Of a DNA stretch of 55,017 nucleotides, positions 39,466 to 51,511 are shown piece by piece. The notes beneath the pieces were generated by a model. It worked only from the letters and a program-made list of their open reading frames with translations. It ran no database searches and had not been told where the DNA came from. Source of the stretch: Bigelowiella natans CCMP2755 (taxonomy: Eukaryota > Protista > Cercozoa); NCBI GenBank assembly GCA_000320545.1, contig ADNK01002880.1, forward strand, positions 1 through 55,017, given 5' to 3'. The position numbers were made by a program, and so were the translations under genes. Every line of letters begins with the position of its first letter. Positions within the stretch are counted from its first letter, which is position 1.

Positions 39466-41433
39466 TTTCCCCGTCAAGGAACTCACGATTTAATGATTTC
39501 TGAGCCCTGCCCGGTGACATCAAGCCCCTCTGCCAGTCCAACGTCAGCAGCGCCCAGCAGCACCCCCACCGGCACTCCTTCCGCAACTCCAACCACCACC
39601 CCAACGAATGCTCCGAGCTTAACCCCACTGACTCGCTCTCCTGAGACACGACTGCCATCGATGGCGCCTCAAACCTCATCACCATCTCGCAGCCCGGCGA
39701 CGAGGCTACCCTCGCAAAGCCCTACATCGTCAGTTCAAGCACCAATACCTCTTCAGGCGCAGTTCGGGGACGCTGTCAGGAGCATTGTCGTGGGCTTTTC
39801 TTGGAAGACGGACAGGCCGGAGGGCGGGGTCCACTGCCGGAACCTCGTCTCCTCCTCCTCCTCCCCCTTCGTCTCTGTGCGGGATCTCTTTGGGAGCGGG
39901 ACTGCCAACAAATCCCTCACCTGCAAATGGCGCACGGGCACAGAGCTCGAAATCCAACTAGGGGCGCGCTTCGAGGCTGAGGTGGGAACCAACATCACGG
40001 TGCTGGGACGTGCGATCTACGACAGCACTCGCACGTTACCCTCTCCAGCCACTCGCCTCTCGATTCTCGCCCCAGCCAAGCCTACCCCCGTCACCGCTAT
40101 TCTGACCGGGCCTAGCAAGGTGGCAGAGTGTGATAACCTTACTCTGGACGCGAGCCAGAGCTTGGGAAGGGCTGGGAAGCAGTTCTCCTTTGACTGGGGG
40201 TACGTGCCTTTGCCGACGACATCTTCCTCTGTCGCGCAGAGACTCAGGAGCCTCGCTGCCGCGAACCGAAACTCCTCAGCGCTTGATTTTCCCTCGATCG
40301 CTGATTTGGATGGCGGGCTCAATAACTTCAGCCTCACAGTCACGAATTGGCTGGGGGCCGCGGATACCAGCTACTTTGTAGTCGAGAGGCTTCTGGTCGC
40401 CATACCCAGGGTGCAGTCGTTCAGCCAGGCCGTTATTCGCACAAAAAGAGAGCAGCAGCTTGTGATTCGCACCCGTGTTAGCCCTCCCTGCGGCGCCGAA
40501 GATTCCTCCTCCCTCCGATTTATTAATAGGGGTACGTGGACGCAGCTCTTTCGGGGCTCTCCGTTGCTTTCCCCGTCTCAGAGCGGCTACTCGTCCCAGC
40601 TGTCAGATCACGCAGTGGCCATTCGTGACCGAAATAGCTTCTACCTCACCCTGGCCGAGAACTCGCTAAAATCCGGCCACGTCTACGGGTTCAGCCTCTT
40701 GGCGCAGTCGTATAGCGCAAATGGAGTGCTGCTCGGGCAGCTGACTAGCACGTATATCGTGGTCGTGGAGGACGCTCCTATATTCGCTAGAATTTCAGGG
40801 GGCGATTCAAGGAAGGTCCCTGTTTTGGAAGGAGCGAGCACCCTTCTGAGCTTCGACGGCAGTCCTTCATACGATCCGTCCAACAATTCTTTTCCTCTTC
40901 GTTACAACTGGAGTCTCACCCACCCCAATGAAACCACCGCGCCTTTGCAGGAAACACCGTCGGCGAGGCATCGACGAATCTCTATCGCCTCCTCCTCTCT
41001 CCAAGACAACTCCACATACATCGTAAAGCTCACGGTGTTCGGCCAGCCGGCCAGTACGACTGGCAGCCAGCGCTTCAGGACGTTCTCACAGAAGATCGTG
41101 ACACAAAACGTGCCCATCCCTACGATGAAGCTGAAGAGCAACGTGCCGGGCTCAAAATTCGATGCGGGCAGCATCCTTCGCCTCAAAGCCTCCTCGGAGA
41201 ACTACGCAATCCAAGATTTGGATCTTACCTGGAGTGTAGAGCCCAGCCAGAATTTGGATCTCTCAAGTTCCGATGTGCTACGGTCGGAACCTAATTCTCC
41301 CTCTCTCGCTCTTTCCGCAGGGAGTCTGTCTCCAGGCGTGCAGTATTCCTTTACGATATCGGGGGCAAGTCGTCGTGGGCTGGTTGGCTCTGCTACTACG
41401 TTTGTCGTAGTGAATTCCCCTCCAAGCTTAGGT

Positions 41434-41482
<49 letters not shown>

Positions 41483-44400
41483 CGCGTGATCATGTGCTCC
41501 TTACGTTTTTATGTGTAGCTGTGTACTTTGCGTCGTCTATATTCGTACATATATACCGATGCAATCAGCACAACACGGTTGTCATAGTAACCGTCGCAAA
41601 TTTGCGCGTTTTCTAGGGGTGTTGAGAGGGGGGGTTTTTTTGTTCTATTGACTCCAAACCATGACTGTGTATATTTCTCTTCATTCCAATGGAATTGTTA
41701 CGATTAGGAACTTGCTTCTCGACCCCGACGGCGGGGATCGCGCTCAAGGATAAGTTCTTCCTAAAATGCGTTGGATGGGTTGATGAAGATCTGCCTCTTC
41801 GCTACGCCTTTTTCATGGAGACCAAACTATCGGGCCGCGCGACACGCGTGTCAGTAAGTGGCCTGCAAGACCTCAATTCGTACTCCACATTTCTCCCGGC
41901 GCCGGAGTCGGGGGGGCCCAGCACGGGGGGGGGCGTAAGTAATGAAAGTGTCAGCATAACTGCGCAGATTGAAGATAGTCTGAAGTCATCTTCTTACTTT
42001 GAATTCCGTGTGTGGGTCTCCAACGAGGAAAAGTCGCTCTCTGAAAGCCTGAGCCGCATCAACGTATCTTTGAGCCAGGGGGACACGCAGAGCTTCAAGC
42101 TGCTCGTTCTCGACACCGCGAAAGACCTGAAGTCAAATGTGGTGAACTCCACGCAAGAGATCCGCGCCTCGAGGGCGCAGCTTCTGGACATCATCCAGGT
42201 GGACAAATTGGAAAGTGTAGATGCGGCTCAACTCATCGAGGCAGCCACCGATTTCGGGGCTGCGCAAGAACTCCAGGCCAATGTGAGGAAGAGTGCTGTG
42301 TCCAAGATCAGCGACATCGTAGGAAGAGCGGAATCGAGGGCTGCTGCTGCATCAGGGTCCTTTGGGGATGACGGCGCAGAAACAGTGTCGACCTCGTCTC
42401 TCACCGATGCAGATGCTCTCGAGCTTGCCCAGGCATCCATAGGCGCTCTCGACAACGTGTTCGTTGCCAACCGCCTGGACGCAGTCGATTTCACCGACGA
42501 GGACAGGGTGGAGATCACAAATGCAGCGGAAACGGTGCTGAATGGCCTCAGTTCGCTAATCCTACAAACCGCGGTGTCAGGGGAGGAAAGAACCGACGTG
42601 ACGGCTGATACGATTCAGTTTTCAACACAGCTGAAGCCTGCAACCAGTGCAAATGCCTCAAATCTCACGACGACTTCGGGCGCGTCGTTGATCATCCCCG
42701 GGGCGTTGACATTGCCACAGCGAGATGTTCCATTACGAATCGCTGTTACCCATACAGTGGACGCACTCTACCCACTTGAGGCCACGGCCGCATCTGGGCT
42801 GGTAATTGTGGAAGTGTATCAAAATCGAACCAAAATTTCGCAAGCGCCGTCCCCATTTGTGCTGCATATTCCTGTAAATTCCAGCAAGATTGCTTCGGCC
42901 CTGAGCTCTGCCTCGAATGGCGGACTGCTTTCCTCCACGGGCCCCAGTCCCTCTTCCTCGCACAACTACACCTGCCGGTACTGGTCGAAAAGCGAGGCGA
43001 AGTGGAAGATTAACGGGGTGCGGAAGAGATCGGAAGGCGCAGCACGGGTTGAGTGTGAGAGCGATCACCTCACGGCATTCAATACAAAGGCTGAGGTCCG
43101 AGTCAGCCTCAATACCTTTTCGGAGGAAGACATCACCATTGCGGCATTTTCCTGGCGAAATCCCGTCATGGTTATCCTCTCCTTCGTGATGGCCGGATTC
43201 GCATTTGTAACATGTTGCACCATCTTGTACGACTACAAGCTGGCCGCAGCGCACGGGGTGAAGTCGTCGGACAACTTCTGGAAGCAGCAAAATAAGATGC
43301 GTTTCCTGCGGCTCTCGAAGGGTAGAAATAGCCGCACGTGCAAGCGGCTTTCCCAGTGGGGGCTCCGGCGCCGCCACCCTTGGTTTTCTATATTCGTACG
43401 CCATCCTGGGGACTACATGACCTCGACGAAAAGGCTGATGACATTGATGATCATGATGTTTAATGGACTCACCGTGTGCGCGCTGATGCTGGATCAGGAG
43501 CAGCAGCTTCCTCTGTTGGATGCGACCTTCTCCGCAGCGGTGGTAGCGTTCGTACTTGCCTACCCAATACCTGCCACCCTTGACACCTTGCAGAGACGGG
43601 TGATTCCGAAGCGGCTGCGGATTAAGATATCGGGCTCTGAGAACACGAGCGGATTCTGCAACTACCTCACCCTCATCCTGGGCTTCCTCTGCGGCGAGCT
43701 AGAGCTGGACGACTTCGAGGTTGAAGAGGGGGAGGAGGACGAGGAGGAGAACAAGGACCAGAAAAAGGGCGCCGAGAATGGAAGCCACTGTAACAAGGAA
43801 GACAGCAAAAGCAATCAGGTTGTCAGCAAGGCGAAGGAAAAAGATAACGGTGGCGAGATTAGCCAATTAAACCAGGCCGATAGAAACAGCGGAGGCTATT
43901 CTGTGACTTTGACATCCGAATCGTTGCCTGGAATGGCATCGACAGGCATTTGGCCCAAATCGAATGCAGCTCTCATGTCACAAAATGAGTTAAAGAAGCG
44001 AAGAACAATGCATGACAACGTGGAATCTTCATCGAAGAAAACTCTTTTTTCCGACGAGCAAGCAGTTGGAACGCAGCAGATGAACTGCCTCTGCTGCAAC
44101 TTTGTCAGGGATGCGGATATGGACAAAATTTCAAACCACGATTGGGTGTGGAAAGACTTTTTCGCAACAGTCTTTGCCTACATCGTTGCGCTTGGATGCT
44201 GGTTCATCCTCGTGGTGCTCTTTTGGAAAATGAGAAGCTCTGCAACACCATGGATATCAGCGACATTCCTGTCGTTTGTCCAAGACTTCGTAATTCGCAT
44301 CATGCAAATCATCTTTCTGGACTCTATAATGTTCTTTCCGTGCTTTGCCGTCATATGTTGCTGCTGCTGCTGCTGCTGCTATGATGCAGAGCCAGTTCCT

Positions 44401-44658
44401 ACGGATGCCGAGGATGTGCACAGTGGGTTTTACAGCGACATCATGTTTAGGATTGATGTGGCCAAAATTCGACTTGTTCGTGGAGTTCTTCAAATTGATG
44501 CAAAGACATTGAGAGCTGAAGGAGTTAGGACCGGGTTGAGGATTAGGGCCGTTCATGTAGATGGTCTAAAGATTGAGTGGAATGACTCGGAGATGCTAAA
44601 ACTCCACTGGAATCGAATAAGATGTACCGAGGAACATGCAGATGTGTCATTCCGTTAA
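36833..44658 (+). CDS. Polycystin-1-like cell-surface protein: signal peptide, SBBP-type beta-propeller, S/T/P stalk, REJ, GAIN/GPS, multi-TM
   Basis: Signal MILSLLVFFAATPQHADG; propeller repeats (GVAADLEGNAYLVGQTDG..KDCFVQRYD..W; LYVAGDTT|GSLPG..KDAFL; VYITGSTNG); TPSATPTTTP stalk; REJ motifs (LTLDASQS, FDGSPSYDP, PPSL|GTCFSTP..CVGWVDEDLPLRY); GPS CRYW..W..CESDHLTAF; PKD1-type HPWFSIFVRHP..KRL; several hydrophobic helices. Confidence 0.85.
37228..37295. repeat. Perfect compound-microsatellite palindrome A(CA)13(TA)7(TG)13T in an intron
   Basis: Read directly from the sequence; 68-bp self-complementary tract. Confidence 0.9.
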
Positions 44659-45501
44659 TAGCGTTCACCCTGTGTGCAACAGATGTATGAGAAACACGTG
44701 GGACGACAACTATTGTACAGAATTATAATCAATCAACTTAATTAATCTACTTTGCATCGAGGTGCATATGGTAGCTGCTTCAACCATGTATAAACAGTCA
44801 GAAGAGCTACAGCATATCAAAATGTATAGAACACCTTTCCGTCCCAGTTATCGTTGACAAAAGCCGCGTGCATTGCATACTACTCAGAGAACTGTCGAGA
44901 GTGTGCGTGTCGTTGAGAGCTAGGAGATCAGAATTGTTACTAGATATAATAGAGACTACTGCCGTGCGTACATGATAGCAATAAGCAGTCGGTGTATACA
45001 CGTTGTTAGTCGGTAATGGCACATTTTCATACACTGAATAAGTTCGGGCATCTGTTATTAAGACATGTAGCGCATGAAATATAAACTTGCATGAAGCCGT
45101 GCATGCCGAATTTGTAACGCCATATAGCTTGCCATTGCAAGACGAATGTAACGAATCAATGCAAATAACATCAAATTTGTTCAATGGTCATGCCGTCATC
45201 CTCATTTATCTGCCATTTTAGCATTATGATGTAGCAGCAACGCGCAAGGAGCAACTGTTATTGTCGTGCAATGGAGGACACATAAAACTTAGCGTAACAC
45301 CAAGTATCAGTTAATCGCACGTCTCTGTTGCCCAAATCTTAATGACAGTCGCTATGGCTAGATGGCCGAATCATGCTTACATATGCATGTCTATCACTTA
45401 CATAAAGAGGTTTTAAATATAAACCAGTTTCATGGTACTTATCTCGTTTATAATTTAAAAACACATAACCGTGCGTTCATTACGCAAAAAATAAATATAA
45501 A

Positions 45502-45548
<47 letters not shown>

Positions 45549-45623
45549 TTATATATATATATATTATTTGTATCTCGAATTTAAGATGGCATTGCATGGG
45601 TCGAAATGAATCCTGGCTTACAA

Positions 45624-46188
45624 TCAGTATGTCGCTCCGGTAGCGTCACACAAATGCTCCCACAATTTTCTACGGTTTTCCTGTTCGTATGGTATAAGAT
45701 GACCGTTATTGGCTATGTGTGGTGGAAGGGGGGGGGGGTGGGCAATAATAAGCTGGCAAGTGTGAATAATACGTCTATAGGGTTGCACAATTGACCGTCA
45801 GATCTGTCTCCAAGGTCACGCATCATCGACTTCATACCAATACTAACCTTGTCGTAAGCGAAGCTGTTTGATCGTCTCTCATTCCTGAATAGACACCAGT
45901 AGATATGCATTTCTGAGAGGGCGAATAAGCTTATATGTCGCCAAAATGAAGGCGTGTGCAGTTGACGAACTAATCCATGCACGGATTGATTGATTTGTGC
46001 GTTGATAAGATACCGATAAACGTAGTATTTTCCGGTTACGCCTTCCACATCACCGCTGGTCGCAAGCCAAAACTATTGGCATTTCAACAAATTCGAAGAG
46101 GTGAAAGAATGAACAGAGATCCACTTCACACCATGTTGATCGCCCATTTCTCGTTATCAACCCCCTCTTCGATATGATGCTGTAATAG

Positions 46189-46254
<66 letters not shown>

Positions 46255-46980
46255 ACATACGTCTGCACACGAGCACACGCTGAGACCTGGTCATTCGCAT
46301 CTTCGATGGATATGCCACATGCACCTTCAGAGATTGGAGTGGAAGATAAAAAACGCAAGAATAGAAACTTGTGGTATTGCCAACCACGAGCAAGCGGGGG
46401 ACATAAAGATATGTACACGGACGCCACGCATGCGCTCACACACAAAACACTTTGCAGCTGAGGCACAGAAAGTCAGCACTCCCCTCGGATATGCTCCTCT
46501 TCCCATCTTTGTTGATCATATGCAGCCTGCTACACGCCAGCGCGCACACTGGGCGACTCCATACATGATAAATTCCGCACGTAATAAAGCGCAATTTCAT
46601 GTAACAAGCGAAAATCCTACCCCATCCCTCCAGTAGCATCTTCGTGTTGACCGTTCCTGAATCATACAGCAGCAGTAGCAGCAGTAGCACCAGCAGGTGT
46701 GGTTGCAACATGTAGCAATGTGATGAAGAAGACAAATGTCACGTGCTATCGGACAGTGTTTCAACTCCGTTCCTGCCTCCCCCCCCCCCCCCCTCGATAG
46801 ATGTCCGAAGTATTCACCGGGATCGAGCGTGTTTACGGTTATTCCCTTCGACTCCAATCGCTCAGCGAGCTCATAGGCGATCATCGCATCCTTGGGGAGT
46901 AACAATGAGGTATCTTAGGATGTTTTCCCGACATACTTTAAAGAGATGAAAGCTTAACACGAGCAATTTACCGACAGTGT

Positions 46981-47032
<52 letters not shown>

Positions 47033-47709
47033 TATACACATACATGACGACTCACCGCCAACTTGGAAATTGAGTACGCATTGTGAGCGCTGTAGCCTAT
47101 AAACAGCAAAGAACAACGTGGCATATCACTTCCCTATTCACGAAGGTTTGTCGTCGTCGTCGTCGATGCCATTGTTGATGTTGTTGTTGTTGTTGTTATT
47201 GTTGATGATGTTGTTGTTCCCCTCGTATTTATGCGATTGCTGCTAATGTGCTACTACTACCATCACCTTTTTCCTGTTGCAGATTACTGAAGTCGAGAGA
47301 GGACGACTGTGAGATCGATGATACCATGATAACACGACGCATCTACGGGGAGGAGGGGTGGTAAGTAGTTAGTATTGCAGAACCGTCAGTGCTTTTAAAA
47401 GGGGAGGGGAGGGGGAGGGGCTGAACGCATCCAACAAAAAACCGACTTTCCCAACACTATGGCCGATATACTAGATGCTGTATTTTAGCTCCCTCTCGTA
47501 TTTCATCGTCCTCTCTCTCTCTCTCTCTCTCTCTCCCCCCCCCCCCCTCTTCAAACTAGTTGTCATCATCATCATCATCATCGTCGTCGTCGTCGTCGTA
47601 CCTCGGATTTTTCCACACAAGGTATGAGCTTGGAGGTCAGGAGAAATGGCGCGAGGACATTCACCTAGCAGAGATTATGGTTACGGCAACGGCGATGATG
47701 ATGATGACA

Positions 47710-47741
<32 letters not shown>

Positions 47742-47773
47742 GACGATGAGAATAGGATTACTAAACGCTGAAA

Positions 47774-47813
<40 letters not shown>

Positions 47814-49482
47814 ATAATTATTTCGTATTATGTGTGTACATCTAGAGGGGGGAAGGGGGGAAGAGAACCTGCCAGGTTGTCTCGTAGCCATCGCATGTTC
47901 TTATTAAAAAGTAAAAGTAATCATAATACGCTAATGTGTTTGTATGTATGTGTGCGTGTGCGTGTGCGTGTGTGGTGTGATGGCAGTGATATGCACACAT
48001 TCTCAAACGTAAATGTTAAGATAGCGATTACTTGCGATTTTTTGGGTTGAAAACGCCTGCGTTGTTGATGAGAAGATCAATTTGCTTACAGTCCTTCTTT
48101 ACCTCATCGGCGAGGCGCCGAACCTTTATCAATAAGTTTGCAAATTTTTGAGTTGTTCAGTGCTCGTCGTCGTTATCGAGAATGCGCTACTCTTTGATAC
48201 TCTAGGAAAAAATTGTGTATGACGATTTCCTCTACGGCAAGTCCGCAGGGCTTAACTCCTTTTGACGTATTCAGTGATTTTTGCTATATCCGTAACTCCG
48301 ATCCCCAAATAAAATATCACAAGATATTATCACAAGATGGTTTGTATGTACATTTTGTTTTCGTTTCATGAGGTTGCTAAGTCATTCTCGTTGCACCCAT
48401 CTCCCTCCCCCAACCACAAAGCTTTGATAGCTAGTACTTGATCTAAGCTTTCGAAGTCAGCAATGTATCCTTGAACTCTCTCGTTTCCAGAGCGACTTTT
48501 GATGAAGTCTATGCTCTGATTATTTAACAAGATAGAAAGAAATGGGGGGGGGGAGGTAAACAATAAACAATTAAAACTTCAGAAAGGCTTTGAAGTAGCT
48601 TCATTTGTCAAATGGTATGCGTTTTAAGGGAGGATAGATCCAACTTACACCCTCCTCCCCCCCCCCCCCCCCCCTCCCTAACCTAACCGCATCCTCTTTG
48701 CTCTACTTTTGACAACCTTTTGCAAGCGCTCTTTACTACGACCGTGGATAATCACGTTGCACCCTTCCTTTGCTAATCTGTCACAACAGAAAACATCGCA
48801 CAGCCACGAACCAGCATTCAGATCATTGCCGCCCGGAGGTATCGAGTATTACACATAGCTTAATAGAAGAAATAGTCAATGACCTTGTCGCGGTATGCTG
48901 GCCAATTCCTTCGTTGGTTGTTTGGGGGGGTTGTGGGGGGGGGATTCCGACGTGTAAGCGCACACCACACACAAACACACGCTCATTGGTAAACGACGAA
49001 AGATTTTCCACGATAGTCGTCTAATCGTTAGGAAGCATCATTGCATTGTATTGTGAAGTCAGAGATACGTTTGTACATTAGGAAGTAACCATCTGTGGAT
49101 CCGGTGACGAAAGCAGTTAACCCTTTCAAGCTGCCTGACTCGCTGCTTTTTGGTTGAATTAAAAATATTGCAATGATCAACTCGCGGACGAAAAATGAAA
49201 TTCGTCTCTTCCGATCGATGGACGGTCTAAACACACCTTATAGCTCGCGGAGCTCCCAGCGCTCTATGAAGCTTCCTGTTTTGAGTAGAAACTTGGTTTG
49301 GGGGGGGAGGGCAAGGGATTTGGACGGGATTTTCTTTTCGTTTTCTCACAACTTTTTCTCCAATATCAACCAATGCGATTGTAAAAAGTTTCGTCGGACC
49401 TGCTCTTTAGCTTCCGCATTAGCGAGCTGGATGCCTTCTTCGACGCAATGCACGGTGTTGCTGATGCAACTCTCAGCAGCAT
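45624..49482 (-). CDS. Classical short-chain dehydrogenase/reductase with a putative mitochondrial presequence
   Basis: TAFVTGSTDG|IGQHTA (TGxxxGIG), ADFESLDQV, VNVLAPFLLT, RVIMVSS, AYSISK (YxxxK), VNTLDPG|TVNTKML, AYDK|ENRRKLWEHL...* (stop 45624). N-terminus MLLRVASATPCIASKKASSSLMRK is basic and lacks acidic residues. Confidence 0.9.
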
Positions 49483-49955
49483 TATGATCGAAAATAGAAG
49501 CTTCTTCTGCCAAACACACAAACACTCAAATAGGCGGTAGGACGGTGGGGAGGGTGATTCGGTAAAGGGTTCTAGTAAGCAACATTACATGAATCGATGG
49601 CTCCCTCCCTCGATCGGACATCTATTCTGGTAGTTCGTTCGATCGTAGGTTGGGAAGATCTTCTTCCTTCCTCCGAAAGGTCTTTTCTCCTCTCTTGTAC
49701 AACGACGACAAGGCTTTCTGGAAGTATTCCCAAGATAAACCCATGTAGGAAAAAGTTCCCGCAGCGACAGAAAGTAAATCGTGTCGTTGCGGCGAAAATC
49801 CCTTGCAGGCGCAGCTTCCTCAAGGCATTTACAGTTACAGGACGTTATACCTTCTCCAGCGTTTTGGGATACGAGTCGTAGTGTATGTAGGTCTACGACG
49901 TAGTTCCAGTTATAGCTTCTCTTCATAGATCTACCTGGAGTTCTACGCCTTCTAG
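49483..49955. promoter_or_regulatory. Putative bidirectional promoter (SDR / acyltransferase)
   Basis: 473 bp between divergent ATGs. Confidence 0.45.
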
Positions 49956-51511
49956 ATGGAGATGGCGGCCCGAATGGCGGCCCGAATGGCGTCCGCTGCC
50001 CTTCGTTCGAATCAGCGTAAAAACTCTCTATTAGTCACAACGCGCCGTTATCTGGGCAGTGCAAGTGACGCATGCGACCTCGATCGCCGCCTGGGTGACA
50101 AGGAACTCGAAGGAATGAAGAAGATCAATCTCCTCCGTCGTGAACAGAACTGGATTCATAGGCACGTCATCCCTGGAATGACCTACGTGACCTTCTTCCA
50201 AATTAGTGGGGGAAGCGATGCAGAGCCGGGGAAATTACCTACAGAATATTTACAGAATAGGTTACGAGCTATCGTGAAGGAAAACCCATGGTTAAGATCC
50301 AGACTTGCGTACTACAACCGCGAACTTGTTCTGGCGTACCATGACGAATCATCAAGCGACCTTGGCAGCGAAGCACCGAATGCAGAAGAACATGACATGA
50401 AAGATATTTTCCATATATATGACAGCAGTGATGTGCAGATAAGTGTAGATATGCCTCATTCCAAACTTCCAGAAGCTGTGTCGAGCATGTGCGTGCCCCT
50501 AGCGGCTAAAACAGTAGGGACTAATTGTCCACGATTCAAATTGAGTATAGTAAGAGATTCGGAGAATCCTCAACGATTTGCTGTCGTAGCGTCAATGTGT
50601 CACATTATGGGTAAGTGCATTCACTTATAGTTCCAAGTTATAACAGCCCTGATATAGTACTTGCTTCAGGTGATGGAGCGACATTCTACAAAATTTGGAA
50701 TATGTTTGGTCAAGATTCTGACATAACAGCACTAAATCCCAGCCGCTATATGAAAATTGAAAACACAATCAAGCAGTCATTTGGACTTCCAGAGTATAAC
50801 TTCCAATGGAAGTTTGTCTTTAACATAGTCTGGGAAAATATTATCACCCTATTCACTGGGAAAAAGCACGTAGATATGCGTGCGTTTGCAGTCAATGAGA
50901 GTTGGATTGCAGCACAGAAAGTAGCATACAAGGAAGGGGAAAGTGAAAGGAGCTCCAGTGACCCCGAGTATTTAACAACGAACGACATTCTCTCCCAGTG
51001 GATTTTGAAGTTTATAAAACCTGACATCGGAACGATTCCGCTTAATGTCAGGGTGAAATCCGAGATGGGTACGACGGGTGAGCTCCCTACTGAAAATGAC
51101 GCCGGAAATTACATTGGAGACTTGTTATTTCTCCAGGAAGACTACGAGTCTCCGGCGCTGATTCGCAAGGCCATATCCAATCGAAAAAGATCGGCTGAAC
51201 CCAAAACTAAATTGCCCGATCTGGTCGAGGTGTTTGGAAAACGGTTACACCTTGTTACGAACATATCTGGGGGATATTCCGATGTAGATCTCGACGGTTG
51301 CCACACTGTCGTTCATTACCCCATGTACGATTGGCAGACCTTGTGTTCCGAAAACAAAAGCCTCTCCATCATTTGGCGGCCATGCAAGGACAAGCTTGCC
51401 GTCATGATGACGGGGGTAGATGTGGGAGAGCGATTGGATGACGCCCTTTCAAACGGTGAGTTGGAATGGATTGACCCAGATTTCCCCATTCAGATCAACA
51501 CGAAGGAGTAA
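49956..51511 (+). CDS. CoA-dependent acyltransferase (HxxxDG; BAHD/CAT/condensation superfamily), two exons, putative mitochondrial presequence
   Basis: Removing intron 50611-50669 (GTAAGT..TTCAG) joins ORFs 49956 and 50615 into SMCHIMG|DGATFY (HxxxDG). Also ENPWLRSRL, LTTNDILS, PLNVR and DAGNY, seen in transferase folds. Arg-rich leader MAARMAARMASAALRS..RRYL. Confidence 0.8.

Noticed and set aside
49572-49926. Overlapping 83-113 aa ORFs in the SDR/acyltransferase gap
   Set aside because: No motifs or splice links; better explained as promoter or UTR.
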